Shown: positions 40,101 through 54,200, counted from the first letter of the stretch. The stretch: 64,000 bases of DNA from the human T2T-CHM13v2.0 reference genome, Homo sapiens (GCF_009914755.1 NC_060932.1); one strand, 5' to 3'. Made by a program: numbers and translations. The notes: generated by a model from the sequence alone, not told the origin.

Positions 40101-43100
40101 TTTATTGTGGGATATTTGTTTTTTCACTATAGGCCTCAGTGTGCTTTGAAATGTTCCTGTGCAGATTGTACAAAAAGAGCATTTCAAACCTTCTGAATCA
40201 ATGGTATGGTTTAAGTCTGTGAGCTGAATCCAGGCATCACAAAGTAGTTTCACACATGGTTTCATCAAAAGTTTTGTCATAGGCTATACAGTTTTTCACT
40301 ATAAGCCTCAGTGGGCTCCAAAATATCCGTTTGCAGATTCTACAAAAAAAGCGTTTCCAACCTGCTGAATCAAAAGCAAGGATTAACTGTGAGCTGAATT
40401 CACACAACAAAAAATAATTTCACAGATAACTTCTTTCTAGTTTGTATTGCAAGATATTCACTGTTTCACAATAGGCATTAGTGGCCTCTGAAATGTCCCT
40501 TCACAGACCTACAAAAAGAGTGTTTCCAAAATAATGAATCAAAAGAAAGGTTTAAGTCTGTGAGGTGAATACAGACATCAAAAAGAAATTTCACCTATAG
40601 ATTCATTCTAGTTTTTATCTCACAATGTTAGTTTTTTTAGTAAATGTGTCAGTGGGCTCAGAAATGTCCCCTCATAGATTCTACAGAAAGAGTGTTTCCA
40701 ACCTGCTGAATCAAAAAACGGTTTATATCTGTGATCTGAATGTACACATCACAAAGAAGTTTCACAGATAGCTTCTTTCTAGCTTTTGTTGATGGAAATT
40801 CTTTTCTTCAATATAGGCATCAGTGGGCTCCAAAATATTTCTTCACAGATTTTTCAAAAAGAGTGCTTCCAATTTGCTGAAACAAAAGAAATGTTTAACT
40901 CTGTGAGCTGAATCCACACATTACAAAGCAGTTTCACAGATAGCTTTTTTCTAGTTCTTATCATGGATATTCAGTTTTTCAATAAAGGTGTCATTGGGCT
41001 TTGAAATATTTCTTCACAAACTTACAAAAAGGGTGTTTCCAACTTGCTGAAACAAAAGAAACGTTGAACTCTGAACTGAATCCACACATCAAAAAGCAGT
41101 TTCACAGATAACTTCTTTCTAATTTTTATCTCGGGATATTCGTTTTTTTACTACAGGCCTCAGTAGCCTCCCAAATGTCTATTCACAGATTTGACAAAAA
41201 ACTGTTTCCAATCTGCTGATTCAAAAAACAGATTTAACTCCGTGAACTGAATGCACACATCACAAAGCAGTTTCACAGAGAACTTCTTTCCAGTTTTTAT
41301 CTCAAGATACACGATTTTTCACTATATGGTTAACTGGGCACCAAAATGTCCCATAGTAGATTCTACAATAAGCCTTCTTCCAACTTCTTAATTAAAAGAA
41401 ATCTTCAACACAGTGAGCTAAATCTACACACCACAAAGTAGATTCACAGATAGTTTTTTCTAGTTTTTTATCATGGGATATTTCAGGTTTTCACTATAGG
41501 ACTAAGTCATCTCCAAAATATCCATTTGCAGATTCTAAAAAAAGAGTATTTCAAACCTGCTGAATCAAAAGAAGGTTTTAACTCTGTGACTTTACTCCAC
41601 ACATTACAAAGCAGTTTCACAGACAGCTTATTTCAAGTTTTTATCCTGTTGGCTCTAAAATGTCCTTTCAGAGATTCTACAAAAAGAGTGTTTCAAACCT
41701 GCTTAATCAAAAGAAAGATTAAACTCTGTGAACTGAATGTACACATCACAAAGCAGTTTCACAGATAGGTTCTTTCAACTTTTTATTGTGGGATGATCAG
41801 TTCTGCATCATAGGCCTCACTTTGCTCTGAAATGATCCTTTGTAGATTCTACAAATGAGTGTATTAAACCTGGTGAATCAAAAGTAAAGTTTAACACTGT
41901 GAGCAGAATACACACATCAGAAAGCAGTTTCACAATCAGCTTCTTTCTAGTTTTTATCACGGGATATTCTTTTTTTCACTTTTGGACTCAGTGGGCTATG
42001 AAGTGGTTCTTTGGAGATTCTACAAAAAGAGAGTCTACAGCCTCCTTAATCAAAAGATAGGTTTTACTCTGAGTGGAAGGCACACATCACAATGCAGTTT
42101 CACAGATCATTTCTTTCTAGTTTTTATTGCGTGATTTTTGGTTTTTCACTTTTGAACTCAATTGGCTTTGAAATGCCTCTTCGCAGATACTGCAAAAAAA
42201 AGTTTTCAACATGCTGAATCAAAAGAAAAGGTTAACTCAGTGAGCAGAATCCAGACATCACAAAGCAATTTCACATATGGCTTCTTTCTAGTTTTTATTG
42301 CAAGATATTCAGTTTTTGACATTTGAACCCAGTGGGCCCTGAAATGTCCCTTTGCTGATACTGCAAAGAGTGTTTCCAATCTGCTGAATCAAGAAAAAGC
42401 TTTAACTCTCTGAAATGAATACACACATCACAAAGAAGTTTCACAGATAGCTTCTTTCTAGTTTTTATTGTGGGATATTCTGTTTTTCACTAAGGGCCTC
42501 AGTTAGGTACAAAATGTCCCATCTCAGATGCTACAAATACAGTGTTTCCAACCTGCTGAATCAAAAGACAGGCTTTACTCTGTGATCTGAATCCACACAA
42601 CAAAAGCAGTCTGACTGATAGCTTCTTTTTAGTTTTAGTCACAGAACATTCAATTTTTCACTGTAAGCCTCAGTGGGCTCCAAAATGTTCCCTCACAGAT
42701 TCTACAAAAAGAGTTTTTCCAACCAGCTGAATCAAAAGAAAGGTTTAACCCTGTGAGCTGAATGCACATATCACAAAGCAGTTTCTCAGAGAGATTTTTT
42801 CTAGTTTTTATGGTGGGATATTCAGTTTCAAACTTTAGGCTTCAGTGGCCTTCGGAATGTCCCTTTGCAGATTCTACAAAAAGATTCATTCCTACCTGGA
42901 AAATCAGAAGAAAGTATTAACTCTGTGTGCTGAATCCTCACATCACAAGCAGTTTAACAGATTTTTCTTTCTAGTATTTATCACAGGATATTCAATTTCT
43001 CACTATTGGCCTCAGTGGGCTCCAAAATGTCCCTTTGCAGATTCTACAAAAATAGTGTTTCCTACCTGCTGAATCAAAAGAAAGGATTAACTCTGTGATC

Positions 43101-46100
43101 TGAATGCACACATGACAAAGCAGTTTCACAGAGAGATTCATTCTAGTTTTTATCATGGGATATTCAGTTTTTCTCAATAGGCCTCAGTGGGCTCTGAAAT
43201 GTCCGTTCACAGATTCTAAAAAAAAAAAGGGTTTCTAACCTGCTGAATAAAAAGAAATGTTTAACTCTGTGAGTGAAATGCACGTATCACAAAACAGTTT
43301 CCCAGATAATTTTTTTCTAGTTTTTATCATGGGATATTCAGTTTTACACTGTAGGCTTCAGTGGCCTCCAAAATGTCCCTTTGCAGATTCTAAAAAAAAA
43401 GTGCCTCCAACCTGCTAAATCAAAGGAATGATTTAACTCTTTGAACTTAATCCATGCTTCATAATGCAGTTACACAGACAGCTTCTTTCTAGTATTTATC
43501 ATGGAATATTCAGTTTTTCACTACAGGCTGCAGTGGGCTCAAAAATGTCCCTTCACATAAGCTACAATAAGAGTGTTTCCAACCTACTGAATCAAAAGAA
43601 GCTTAACTCTTTGAGTTGAATCCACATATGACAAAGCAGTTTCTCAGATAGCTTCTTTCTAGTTTTATGCAGGGAATATTTTGTTTTTCACTATAGGCCT
43701 CAGTGGGCACCAAATGTCTCTTCGCAAATGCTTCAAAAAAAAGTTTTCCAAACCTTCTGAGTGAAAAGAGAGGTTTAAATTTGGTACCTGAATCCTCTCA
43801 TCAAAAAGCAGTTTCATGGATACTTTCTTTCTAGTTTTTATCATGGAGTATTCAGTTTTTCATAATAGGTCTTAGTGGGCTCTGAAATATTCCTTCTCAG
43901 ATTCTACAAAGAGAATGTTTTCAACCTGTGGAATCAAAACAAAAGTTTAACTCTGAGAGCTGAATCCACACTAAACAAAGCAGATTCACACAGAGATTCT
44001 TTCTAGTTTTGATTGGGAGATATTCAGTTTTTTACTTTAGCCCTCAGTTTGCTCTGAAATATCCCTTCACTTATTGTACAAAAAGAGTGCTTCCAACCTG
44101 CCGTGTCAAAGTAAAGCTTAATTCTGTGAGCTGAATCCACAGAGCACAAAGCAATTTCACAGATAGCTTCTTTCTAGTTTATATTGGGGGATATTCTGTT
44201 TTTCACTCTTGGCCTTATGGGGATCAGAAATGTTGCTTTGCAGATTCTACAAAAGAGTGTATGCAACCTGCTGAATTATAAGAAAGGTTTAACTCTGTAA
44301 ACTGAATACACACATCAAAAATCCGTTACACAGATAGCTTCTCTCTAGTTTTTGTGACAGTTTATTCTGTTTCTCACTGCAGGCTTCACTGAACTGCAAA
44401 ATGTCCCTTTGTAGATTCTAAAAAATAGACTGTTTCCAACCTGCTGAATAAAAAGAAAGTTTTAAGCCTGGGAGCTGAATCCACCTACCACAAAGCAGTT
44501 TTTCAGGCAGCTTCTTTCTAGTGGTTATTGCAGGATATTCAGTTTTAAACTATAGTCCTCAGTGGGCTCTGAAATGCCTTTACCTAGATTCTCCAAAAAG
44601 AATGTTTCCAACCTGCTGAATCACAGAAAGAATTTAACTCTGTGAGTGAAATGCACATGTCACAAAGCAGTTTCACAGATAGCTTCTTTCTAGTTTTTAG
44701 TGTGGGATTTTCAGTTTTTCACTATAGGCCTCAGTGCGCTCCAAAATGTTAATTCACAGATTCTACAAAAAGAGCGTTTCCAACCTGCTGAATAAAAAGA
44801 AATGTTTATCATTTTGAACTGAATTTACAGATCACAAAGCAGTTTCACAGATAGCTTCTTTCTAGATTTTATCATGGGATATTCTGTTTCCCATGATAGG
44901 TCACATTGGGCTCCAAAATGTAGCTTTGCAGATTCTACAAAATGAGTTTTTCCAACCTGGTGAATAAAAGGAAAATTTCAATTCTGTAAGCTGAATGTCT
45001 ACATAACAAAGCATTTCACAGATACATTCTTTCTAGTGTTTATCACAGAATATTGTGTTTGTCATTATAGACTTCTGCTTGCTCTGAAATATCCCTTTGC
45101 AGATTCTACAAAAAGAATTATTCCAGCCTTCTAAATCAACAGAAAAGTTTATCTCTGTGAGCTGAATCCATACATCACAAATTAGATGAACAGATGACTT
45201 CTTTCTATTTATTATTGTGGAATATTCAATTTTTCATTACAGGCCTCAGTGGGATCAGAAATGTCCCTTTGAAGATTGTACAAAAAGAATCTTTCCACTG
45301 GTGAATCCAAAGAAAGTTTTAACTCTTTGAGCCGAATGCATACGTCACAAAAAAGTTTCACAGATACCTTCTTTCTAGTTTTTAATCATGGAATATTTGG
45401 TTGTTCACTTTAGGACTAGTGTTTCTGAAATGTCCCTTTGCAGGTTCTACAAATGTGTGTTTCCAATGATCTGAATCCAAAGTAAGACTTAACTCTGTGA
45501 GCTGAAGGCTCACATCACAAGCCACTTCACAGATAGCTTCTTTCTAGTTTTTATCACAAGATATTCTTTTATTCACCATAGGCCTTAGTGGACTCAGTAA
45601 TGTCCCTTCACAGATTCTCCAAAAAGAGTGTTTCCAACCTGCTGAATCACAAGAAAGGTTTACCTCTGTAAGCTGAATCCACACATCACAAAGAAATTTC
45701 ACACATAGCTTCTTTCTACTTTTTATCATCGTATATTCAGTTTCTCACTGTAGGCTTCAGTGGGCTGAGAAATACTTCTTCACAGATTCTAAAAAAAAAA
45801 GAATATTTCCAACCTGCTGAAACAAAAATGGTTCACATTTGTGAGCTGAATGCAACATTACAAGGGAGTTTCACAGATCTCTTCCTTCTAGTGTTTATTG
45901 CAGAATATTCTTTTTGTCACTATTGGGTTCTATTTGCTTTGAAATGTCCCTTTTCAGATTCTACAAAAACAGTGATTCCAACCTTCTAAATCAATAGAAA
46001 TGTTTAACTCGGTGAGCCAAATCCACACATCACAAATTAGATGCACAGATGGCTGCTTTCTATTTGTTATTGCGGAATATTCATTTTTTCACTACTGGCC

Positions 46101-49100
46101 TCAGTAGGCTCTGAAATGTCCCTTCATAGATTCTACAAAAAGCATGTTTCCAATCTGCTGAATCAAAAGAAAGGTTTAACTTTGTGAGCTGAATGCATAT
46201 CTCACAAAGAAGTTTCTCAGATAGTTTCTTTCTAGTTTTTATCATGCAATATTTAGTTTTTCATTCTAGCCCTCAGTGAGCTTCAAAATGACCCATGGCT
46301 GATTCTACAAGAGTGCTTTCAACCTGCTGAATCAAAAGAAAAGTTTTACTCTGTGAGCTGAATGCAAATGTCATAAAACAGTTTCACAGATATCTTCTTT
46401 CTATTTTTTATCAGGGGATAGTCTGTTTTTTTACCATAGGTTTCAGTGGGCTCCTAAATGTCTCTTCACAGTTTCTACAATAAAAGAGTTTCCATTGTGC
46501 TGCATAAAAAGTGATGTTTAACTCTGTGAACTGCATCCACACATCACAAAGCAGTTTCACAGAAAGCTTCTTTTTAGTTTTTAATAGCGGGATATTTGGA
46601 TTTTCTGTAAAATCCTCAGTGTTCACCAAAATGTCCCTTCACAGTTCTACATAAAGAGTGTCTCCAACCTTCTAAATGAAAAGAAAAGTTTCACTGTTGT
46701 AGCTGAATTCACACATCACAAAGCATTTTCACAGATATCTTCATTCAAGTATTTATCATGAAATATTAAGTTTTTCACTGTAGGCCTCAGTAGTCTCCAA
46801 AACGTTTCCTTGAATATCCTAGAAATAGAGTGTTACCAACCTGCTGAATAAAAAGGAACATTTAACTCTATGAGCTGAATCCACACATTACAATGCAATT
46901 TCACAGATAGATTCTTTATAGTTTTTTTTTCCCCCTCAGGTATAACGTTTTACACCGTAGACCTCAGTGGGCTGTGAAATGTCCCTTTCCAGACACTACA
47001 AAAAGAGTTCTTCCAACATTCTGAATCAAATATTTCAAAAGAAATATTAAACTCTGAGAGCTAAATCCATGCACCACAAAGCAATTTCACAGATAGCTTT
47101 GTTCTAGTTTTGTGTGTGTGTTTTGGCGGGGGGGGGGGGGGATATTCAATTTTTCACTATAGGCCTCAGTAGGCTTAGTAATGTCCCTTCACAGGTTCTA
47201 CAAAAAGAGTATTTCCAACCTGTTGAATAAAAGAAAGGCTTAACAGTGAACTGAATGTACATGTCAAAAAGGAGTTTCACAGGTAGCTTATTTCTCATTT
47301 TTATTATGGGATATTCCATTATTCTTTGTAGACCTCAGTGGGCTCCAAAATGTCCCTTTGCAGATTCCACAAAAGGAGTTTTTCCAACCTACTTAGTGAA
47401 AAGAAAAGTTTAACTCTGTCAGCTGAATGCATACATCACACCAAAGTTTCTTGTATAGCTTCTTTCTAGTTTTTATCATAGAATATTTGGTTTTTAACTA
47501 TAGGCTTCAGTGGGCTCTGAAATGAATCATGGATTCTAATAAAAGAGTGTTTAAAACCTGTAGAATCAAAGGAATGGTTTAACTTTGTGAGCCGAATGCA
47601 CCCCTCACAAAAAAAGTTTCACAGACAGCTTCTTTCTAGTTTTTATCACAAAAATTTGTTTTTTGACTGTAGGCCTAGCAGGCTCTGAAATGTCAATTTG
47701 CAGGTCCTACAGAAAGGTGTTTCCAACCTGCTGAATCAAAAGAAACATTTAACTCTGTGAGCTGATGGCACACATCACAAGCAGTTTCACAGATAGCTTT
47801 TTTCAAGTTTCTATCATGAGAAATTCTGTTTTTCAATATAGGCTTTAGTGGGCTCAGAAATGTCCCTCCGTAAATTCTACAAAAGAGTGTTTCTAAGTTG
47901 CTGAATCATAAGAAAGGTTTAACTCTATTAGCTGAATCTACATATCACAAAGGGGTTTCACAGATAGCTTCTTTCCAGTTCACATCAGGAGATTTTTTTT
48001 TCCCTATAGGTCCCAGTGGGCTCCAAAATGTCTCTCACAGATTCTAGTAAAAGAGTGTTTCCAATTTTTTGAATCAAGAGAAAGGATTAACTCTGTGAGA
48101 TGAATGCACACGTCATGAAAATGTTTCACAGAAAGTTTTTTTCTAGTTTTTATTGCAGGATATTCAGTTTTTCACTATAGCCTCTGTAGGCTTTGAAATG
48201 ACCCTTTACAGATTTACAAAAAAACTGTTTCAAACCTGATGAATCATAAGAAAAGTTTACCTCTGTGAGCTGAATCCACATATCAGAAAGCACATTCACA
48301 GATACCTTCTTTCTACTTTTTATCGTGGGATATTTGGTTTTTCACTATAAGCTTCAGTGTGCACTGAAATGTTTATTCACATATTCTATAAAATGTGCTT
48401 ACAACCTGCTGAATCAAAAGAAAGGCTTAACTCTCTGAGCTGAATCCACATACCACAAAGTAGTTTCATATATAGCTTCTTTCTAGTTTTTATTGTGCGA
48501 TATTCATTTTTTTACTATATGCCTCGGTAGGTTCAGAAATGTTTCTTGGCAGACTTTACAAAAACAGTTTTTTCAAGTTGCTAAATCAAAAGAAAGTTTT
48601 AAATCTGTAAGTTGAATGCACACATGGAAAGCAGTTGCACAGATAGCCTCTATTTTATCGCAGTATATTCCATGTTTTACTATAGGCCTCCATGGTCTAA
48701 GAAATGTCCCTTCCCAGAGTCTACAGAAAGAGTGTTTCCAACCAACTAAATAAAAGGAAAGATATAACTCAGTCAGCTGAATGGACACATCACAAAGGAG
48801 TTTCACAGATATTTTCTTTCTAGTTTTTATCATGGGATATTCTGTTTCTCATTATAGGACTCAGTGAACACCAAAATGTCCCTTTGCAGATTCCTCAAAA
48901 AGAGTTTTAAAACCTGCTGAAGTGAAAAAAATTTAATTCTGTGAGACGAATGCACACATCACAAAGCAGTTTCACAGATAGCTTCTTTCTAGTTTTTATC
49001 ACGGAATATTAGGTTTTTCACTACAGGCCTCTGTGGGCTCAGAAAAGACCCTTCCCAGGTACTAAGAAAAGAGTGTTGAAACCTGCTGTGTCAAAGGAAA

Positions 49101-51285
49101 GGTTTAACTTGATAAGCTGAATCCATACCTCACAAAGGAGATTCATAAATAGCTTCTTTCTAGTTTTATCACGAGATTTTCAGTTTTTCACTACAGGCCT
49201 CAGTGGGCTCTGAAATGTCCCTTTGCAGATTATACAAAAAGAGGGTTTCCCACAGGCTGAATCAAAAGAAAGGTGTAACTCTGTGAGCGAAATGCATACA
49301 TCACAAAGCAGTTTCACAGATAGCCTCTTTCTATTTTATTGTGAGATATTTGGTTTTTCACTATAGGTGTCAGTGGGCTCTTAAATGTTTCTTCACAGAT
49401 TCTAAAAACAGATTGTTTCAAACCTGCTGAATAAAAATAAAGGTTTAACCCTGTGAGCTTAATCCACACATCACAAAGCAGTTTCACACATAGTTTCTTT
49501 CTAATTTTTGTCACAGGATACTTGGTGTTACACTATAGGCCTCACTGGGTTCCAAAATATTTCTTCCCGGATTTTACAAGGAGAATTTTTCCAACCTGTT
49601 GAATCAGAAGAAAGGTTGAACTCTGTGAGCTGAATACACACATGACAAATCAGTTTCACTGATAGCTTCTTTCTAGTATTTATCGGGGATATTTGGTTTT
49701 TCACTATAGGCTTCACGGGGTTCCAAAATGTCCCTTTGCAGATTCTACAGCAGATTCCTATCTGCTGTGTAAAAAGAAAGGTTTAAGTCATTGAGCTGAA
49801 TTCACAAATCACAAAGCAGTTTCTCAGATAGCTTCTTTCTAGTTTTTATCATGGAATATCTGGTTTTTCTCTACTGGCCTCAGTGGGCTTTGAAATCTCC
49901 CTTCATAGATTTTACAAAAAGTTTGTTTTTAACCTGCTGAATTAAAGGAAAGGTTTAATTCTGTTATCTGAATGCACACATTACAAAGCAGTTTCACATA
50001 TTAATTCTTTCTAGTTTGAATTGCTGGATGTTCTTTTTCTCACTATAGGCCTCAGTGCACCCCAAAATGTTCCTATGCAGATTCTACAAAAAGAGTGTAT
50101 CCAACATGCTGAATCAAAAGAAAAGTTCAATTCTATGAGCTGAATCCCCATATCACAAAGCAGCCTCACACATATCTTCTTTCTAGTTCTTACTGTGAAA
50201 TATTCTCTTTCTCAATATAGGCCTCAGTTGGCTTCTGAAATGTCTCTTCACAGATTCTACAAAAAGAGTGTTACCAACCTTCTTAATCCAAAGAAAGTTT
50301 TAACTCAGTGAGCTGAATCTGCACATCACAATTAGATTCACAGGTACCTTCTTTATTTCATTTTTCACTCTATGCTTCAGAAGGCTCAGAAATGTCCCTT
50401 CACAAATACTACAAAGAGAATGTTTCCAAGCTGCTGAATCAAAAAAAGGTTTACTTCTTTGAGCTGAATACACACATTACAAAGCAGTTTCACAGATAGC
50501 TTCTTCTGTGAATATCATGGGATATTCTGTTTCTCACTGTAGACTTCAGTGGGTTCCAAAAGTTCCCTTTGCAGATTCAACAAAAAGACTGTTTACAACA
50601 TGCTAAATAAAAAGAAAGTTTTAACACTGTGAAGTGAATCCATACATCCTAAAGCAGTTTCACAGATAGCTTCTTTCTTGATTTTATCTTGGGATATTCA
50701 GTTTTCCACTATAGGTCTCAGTTTACTCCAAAATGTCCCTTCACAAGTTCTACAAAAAGGGTGCTTCCAACTTGCTGTATCAAAACCAAGGTTTAACTCT
50801 GTGAGCTGAATGCACATATAACAAAGCAGTTTCACAGATAGCTTCTTTCTCATTTTTTATTGCTGGTTCTTCTGTTTTTCACTATAGGCTTCAGTGGGCT
50901 CTGAAATGTCCTTTCACAGATTATAGAAAAATCGTGTTTCATACCTGCTTAATCAAAGGAAAGTTTTAGTACTGTGAGCTGAATGCACACATCACAAAGC
51001 AGTTTCACAGATAGTTTTTTGTGCTTTTTATCATGTGATATCCCATTTTGTACTGAAGCCTCAGTGGGCTGTGATATATCCCTACAAAGATTCTACAAAA
51101 AGAGTGTTTCCATTCTTTTGAATAATAAAAAAATTAACTCTGTGAGCTAAATGCACATATCACAAAGTAGTTTCACAGATAGACTCTTTTGAGTTTTACC
51201 ATGGGATATTCTGTTTTTCACTATAAAACTCAGTGGGCTTCAAAATGTCCATTTGCAGATTCTACAAAAAAAAAGTGTTTTCAAA
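31187..51285 (-). repeat. Monomeric alpha satellite, ancient 172-bp type, about 117 monomers
   Basis: tgaatcaaaag recurs at 31242, 31414, 31586 and 31758 (172 bp). The reverse complement reads ...tttgtgatgtgtggattcagctcacagagttaaacctttcttttgattcagcaggttggaaacactctttttgtagaatctgc..., which is alphoid. Monomers are highly diverged and I saw no YTTCGTTGGAARCGGGA CENP-B box. Confidence 0.95.
47111..47141 (+). repeat. (TG)5 plus G14 run inside an alpha monomer
   Basis: tgtgtgtgtgttttggcgggggggggggggg replaces the usual tatcatggg. Confidence 0.85.
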
Positions 51286-54200
51286 GCCCCAGGCTTTGAA
51301 GAAGGGAACCTCTGTCTCTCACTGAAATCACCACAACCAACAACTGGCTCACAATGTGGCATGAACGGGTGAAGAGACTCCGGGGGATGTTGAGGAAGGC
51401 AGAGGGGAGAAGCTGTGAGAGAGCAGGGAATGCTGGGTTCCTCCCAAGGAGGGCTCTCCCATCCCACAAATCCCCATGGCTGTCCCATGCAGGCAGTAAA
51501 GTCCCAGGCTTTGGAGCAGGGTGCCTGTGTCTCTCACAGAAAGTCCCCACCAGTGAAAATGAGGCCACGGTGTGGCATGATTGGAAAGCAGAAACTCAGA
51601 GGAATGTTGAGGCAGGCAGAGGTGAGAAGCAGTGAGACCAAGGGAATGCTGGGAGGCTCCCAAGGAGTCCTCTCCCATCCCAGAAGCTCCCAGGGCTTTC
51701 CCAGTTGGGCTGTACAGCCCCAGGCTTTGGAGCAGTGTGCATGTGTCTCTCCTGGTAGGCCCTTACAAGCAAAAAGGGGAAAGCAGAGTGGCATGGCAGG
51801 GCTGCAGGAACTCACGGGGACATTAAGGAAGAAGAGAGGAGAAGCAATGAGACTGCAGGGAATGCTGGGAGCCTGTTACAGAGGCGTCTCCCATCTCAGA
51901 AGCCCCCAGGGCTGTCTGGGCTGGGCTGTAAAGATCCAGGCTTTAAAGCAGGGTGACTGTATCTCTTGCGGAAGTCCCCCGCAAGCTAAAGTGGTGCAGA
52001 AGGCTGGCAGGGGCATGCCACAGGGACTCAGGGGGATGTTGAGGCAGACCTGGGGGAGAAGCAGGGAGACCACAGGGAATGCTTGGAGCCTTTCAAGAAA
52101 GCCTCTCTTATCCCACAAACACCCTGGGCTGAACCGGGCGCACGGCTTTGGATCAGGGTGCCTATCTGCCGTGGAAGGCTCTTACAAGTGAAAACAGGGC
52201 CACGGCATGGTGCGGTTGGGCTGCAGGGTTGTAAGGTAACATTAAGGCAGGACAAAGGGAAGAAGCTCCCCAAACTATCCTGGGCGGGCTGTAAGGCCCC
52301 AGGCTTTGGAGCAGGGTGCCTGAGTCTCTCACAAAAGACCCCCACAAATGAAAACAGGGGTGCAGGGTGGTGTGGGAGGGCCACAGGGACTCAGGCGGAA
52401 ATTGTGGCAGGCAGAGATGAGAAGCAGCGAGACTCAGGGAATGCTGGGAGCCTCACAAGGAGGCCTCTCCCAGCCCAGAAGCCCCCACAGCTGTCCCAGG
52501 CAGGCTTTTATGCACCAGTCTTTGGAGCAGGGAGCCTGTGTCTCTCACGGAAGACTTACAAAAGAGAGAATGAGGTGGCAGGGTGCTGGGCACAGGCAGC
52601 AGAGACTCACTGGGATGTTGAGGCAGGCAGATGAGAGAAGCGGCAGGACTGCAGGGAATGCTGGGAGTCTCCCAAGGAGGCCTTTTTCATCCTAGAACTG
52701 TCCAGGGCATGCTATAATGCTTCAGGTTTTGAAGCAGGATGTCTGTGTCTCTAGCGGAAGGCTCCCACAAGTGAAAATGGGGCCGCAGTGTGGCATTGAC
52801 AGGCCGCAGGGACTCAGGGGGAAGTTGAGACCAGCAGAGGGAAGAATCTGTGAGACCGCAGGGAATGCTGGGAGCCTCCCAAGGAGGTCTCTCCCACCCT
52901 AGAAGGCCCCAGGTCTATTACGGATGGGCTGTAGTGCCCCAGGATTTTGAGTAGGGTACCTGTGCTTCTGGCAGAGGGCTTCCACAAGCGAAAACGGGGC
53001 TGCATGATGGCCTGGGCAAGCCAAAGGGACTCAGGGTGACATAGAGGCAGCCAGAAGGGAGAAGCAGCGAGCCTGCAGAAAATGCTGGTAGCCTTCCAAA
53101 GAGGCCTCTGCCATCCCAGATGACCCCAAATCTGTCCCGGGCAGGCTGTAAAGGCCAAGGCTTCGGAGCAGGGTGACTGTGTCTCTCGTAGAAGGCCGCA
53201 CAAGTGAAACTGGGGCCTCAGGGCGACGTGGGCGGGCCGCAGATATTTAGGATGAAGTTGAGGCAGGCAGAGGAGAGATGCAGAGAGATTGCTGGGAATG
53301 GTCAGAGCCTCCTTAAAAGGCCTCTCCCTTTCCAGAAGCCTCCAAGGCTTTCCCGTGCGGGCTGTAAAGCACCAGGCTTTGGAGCAAGGTGCCTGTGTCT
53401 CTTGAGGAAGGCCACCACAACCAAAAACGTGGCCACATGGTGGCATGGGCAGGCTGCAGTGACTCAGGGGGACATGGAGGCAGGCAGAAAGTAGAAGCAG
53501 CGAGACCGCAGGGAATGCTTCATGCATCCCAAAATGCTTCTCTTATGACAGAAGCCACCAAGACTGTCAGGGTCAGGTTGTAAAGCCCTAGTCGTTGGAG
53601 CAGAGTGCTTGTGTCTCTCACAGAAGGCCCCCACAAAAAATAACGGAGCTGCAGGGTGGCATGGGTGGGCCACAAGGACTCAAATGGTCAATGAGGAAGG
53701 CAGAGGGTAGAAGCAGCGAGACTGGGGTGAATGCAGGGAGCCTTCCTCAAAGTCATCTCCCATCCCCGAAGCACCCAGTGCTGTCCTGGGTGGGCTGTAG
53801 AGCCCCAGGCTTCAGATCAGGGTCCCTGGGTATCTCACAGAAGACTCCCACAAGCAAAAACAGAACGGCAGAAATGCATTGGTGGACTGCAGGGACTCGG
53901 GGGGACATTAAGACAGGAAGTGGGTGGAAGCCGGGAGACCATAGGGAATGCTTAGAGCCTCCCAAAAAGGCCTCTCCGATCCCAGAAGCCCCCAGGGCTA
54001 TATTTGGCAGGCTGTAAAGCCCCACGCTTTGGAACAGGGTGCCTGTGTCTCCCGCGGAAGGCCCCCAAAAGCAAAACCGGGGCAGATGTGTGGCATGGGC
54101 GGGCTGCAGGCACTCAGGGGTACATTGAGGCAGACAAAGAAGAGAAAAGGTGAGACCACAGGGTATGCTGGGTGCCTCCCAAGATGGCCTTTCCCTTCAA

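Noticed and set aside
32591-49716. ORFs such as KTRKKLSVKLLCDVWIQLTELNLSFDSAGWKHSFCRICEGTF, with Cys pairs resembling zinc fingers
   Set aside because: These are alpha-satellite translations, a well-known source of spurious predicted proteins.
5377-51285. CRISPR-like or other repeat-spacer array
   Set aside because: The whole monomer is repeated head to tail with no unique spacers, there are no cas genes, and the context is primate.
31187-51285. Active centromeric HOR array or CENP-B boxes
   Set aside because: Monomers are highly diverged, there are no near-identical multimers, and the box region is A-type (ggcctatagtgaaaaa on the minus strand).
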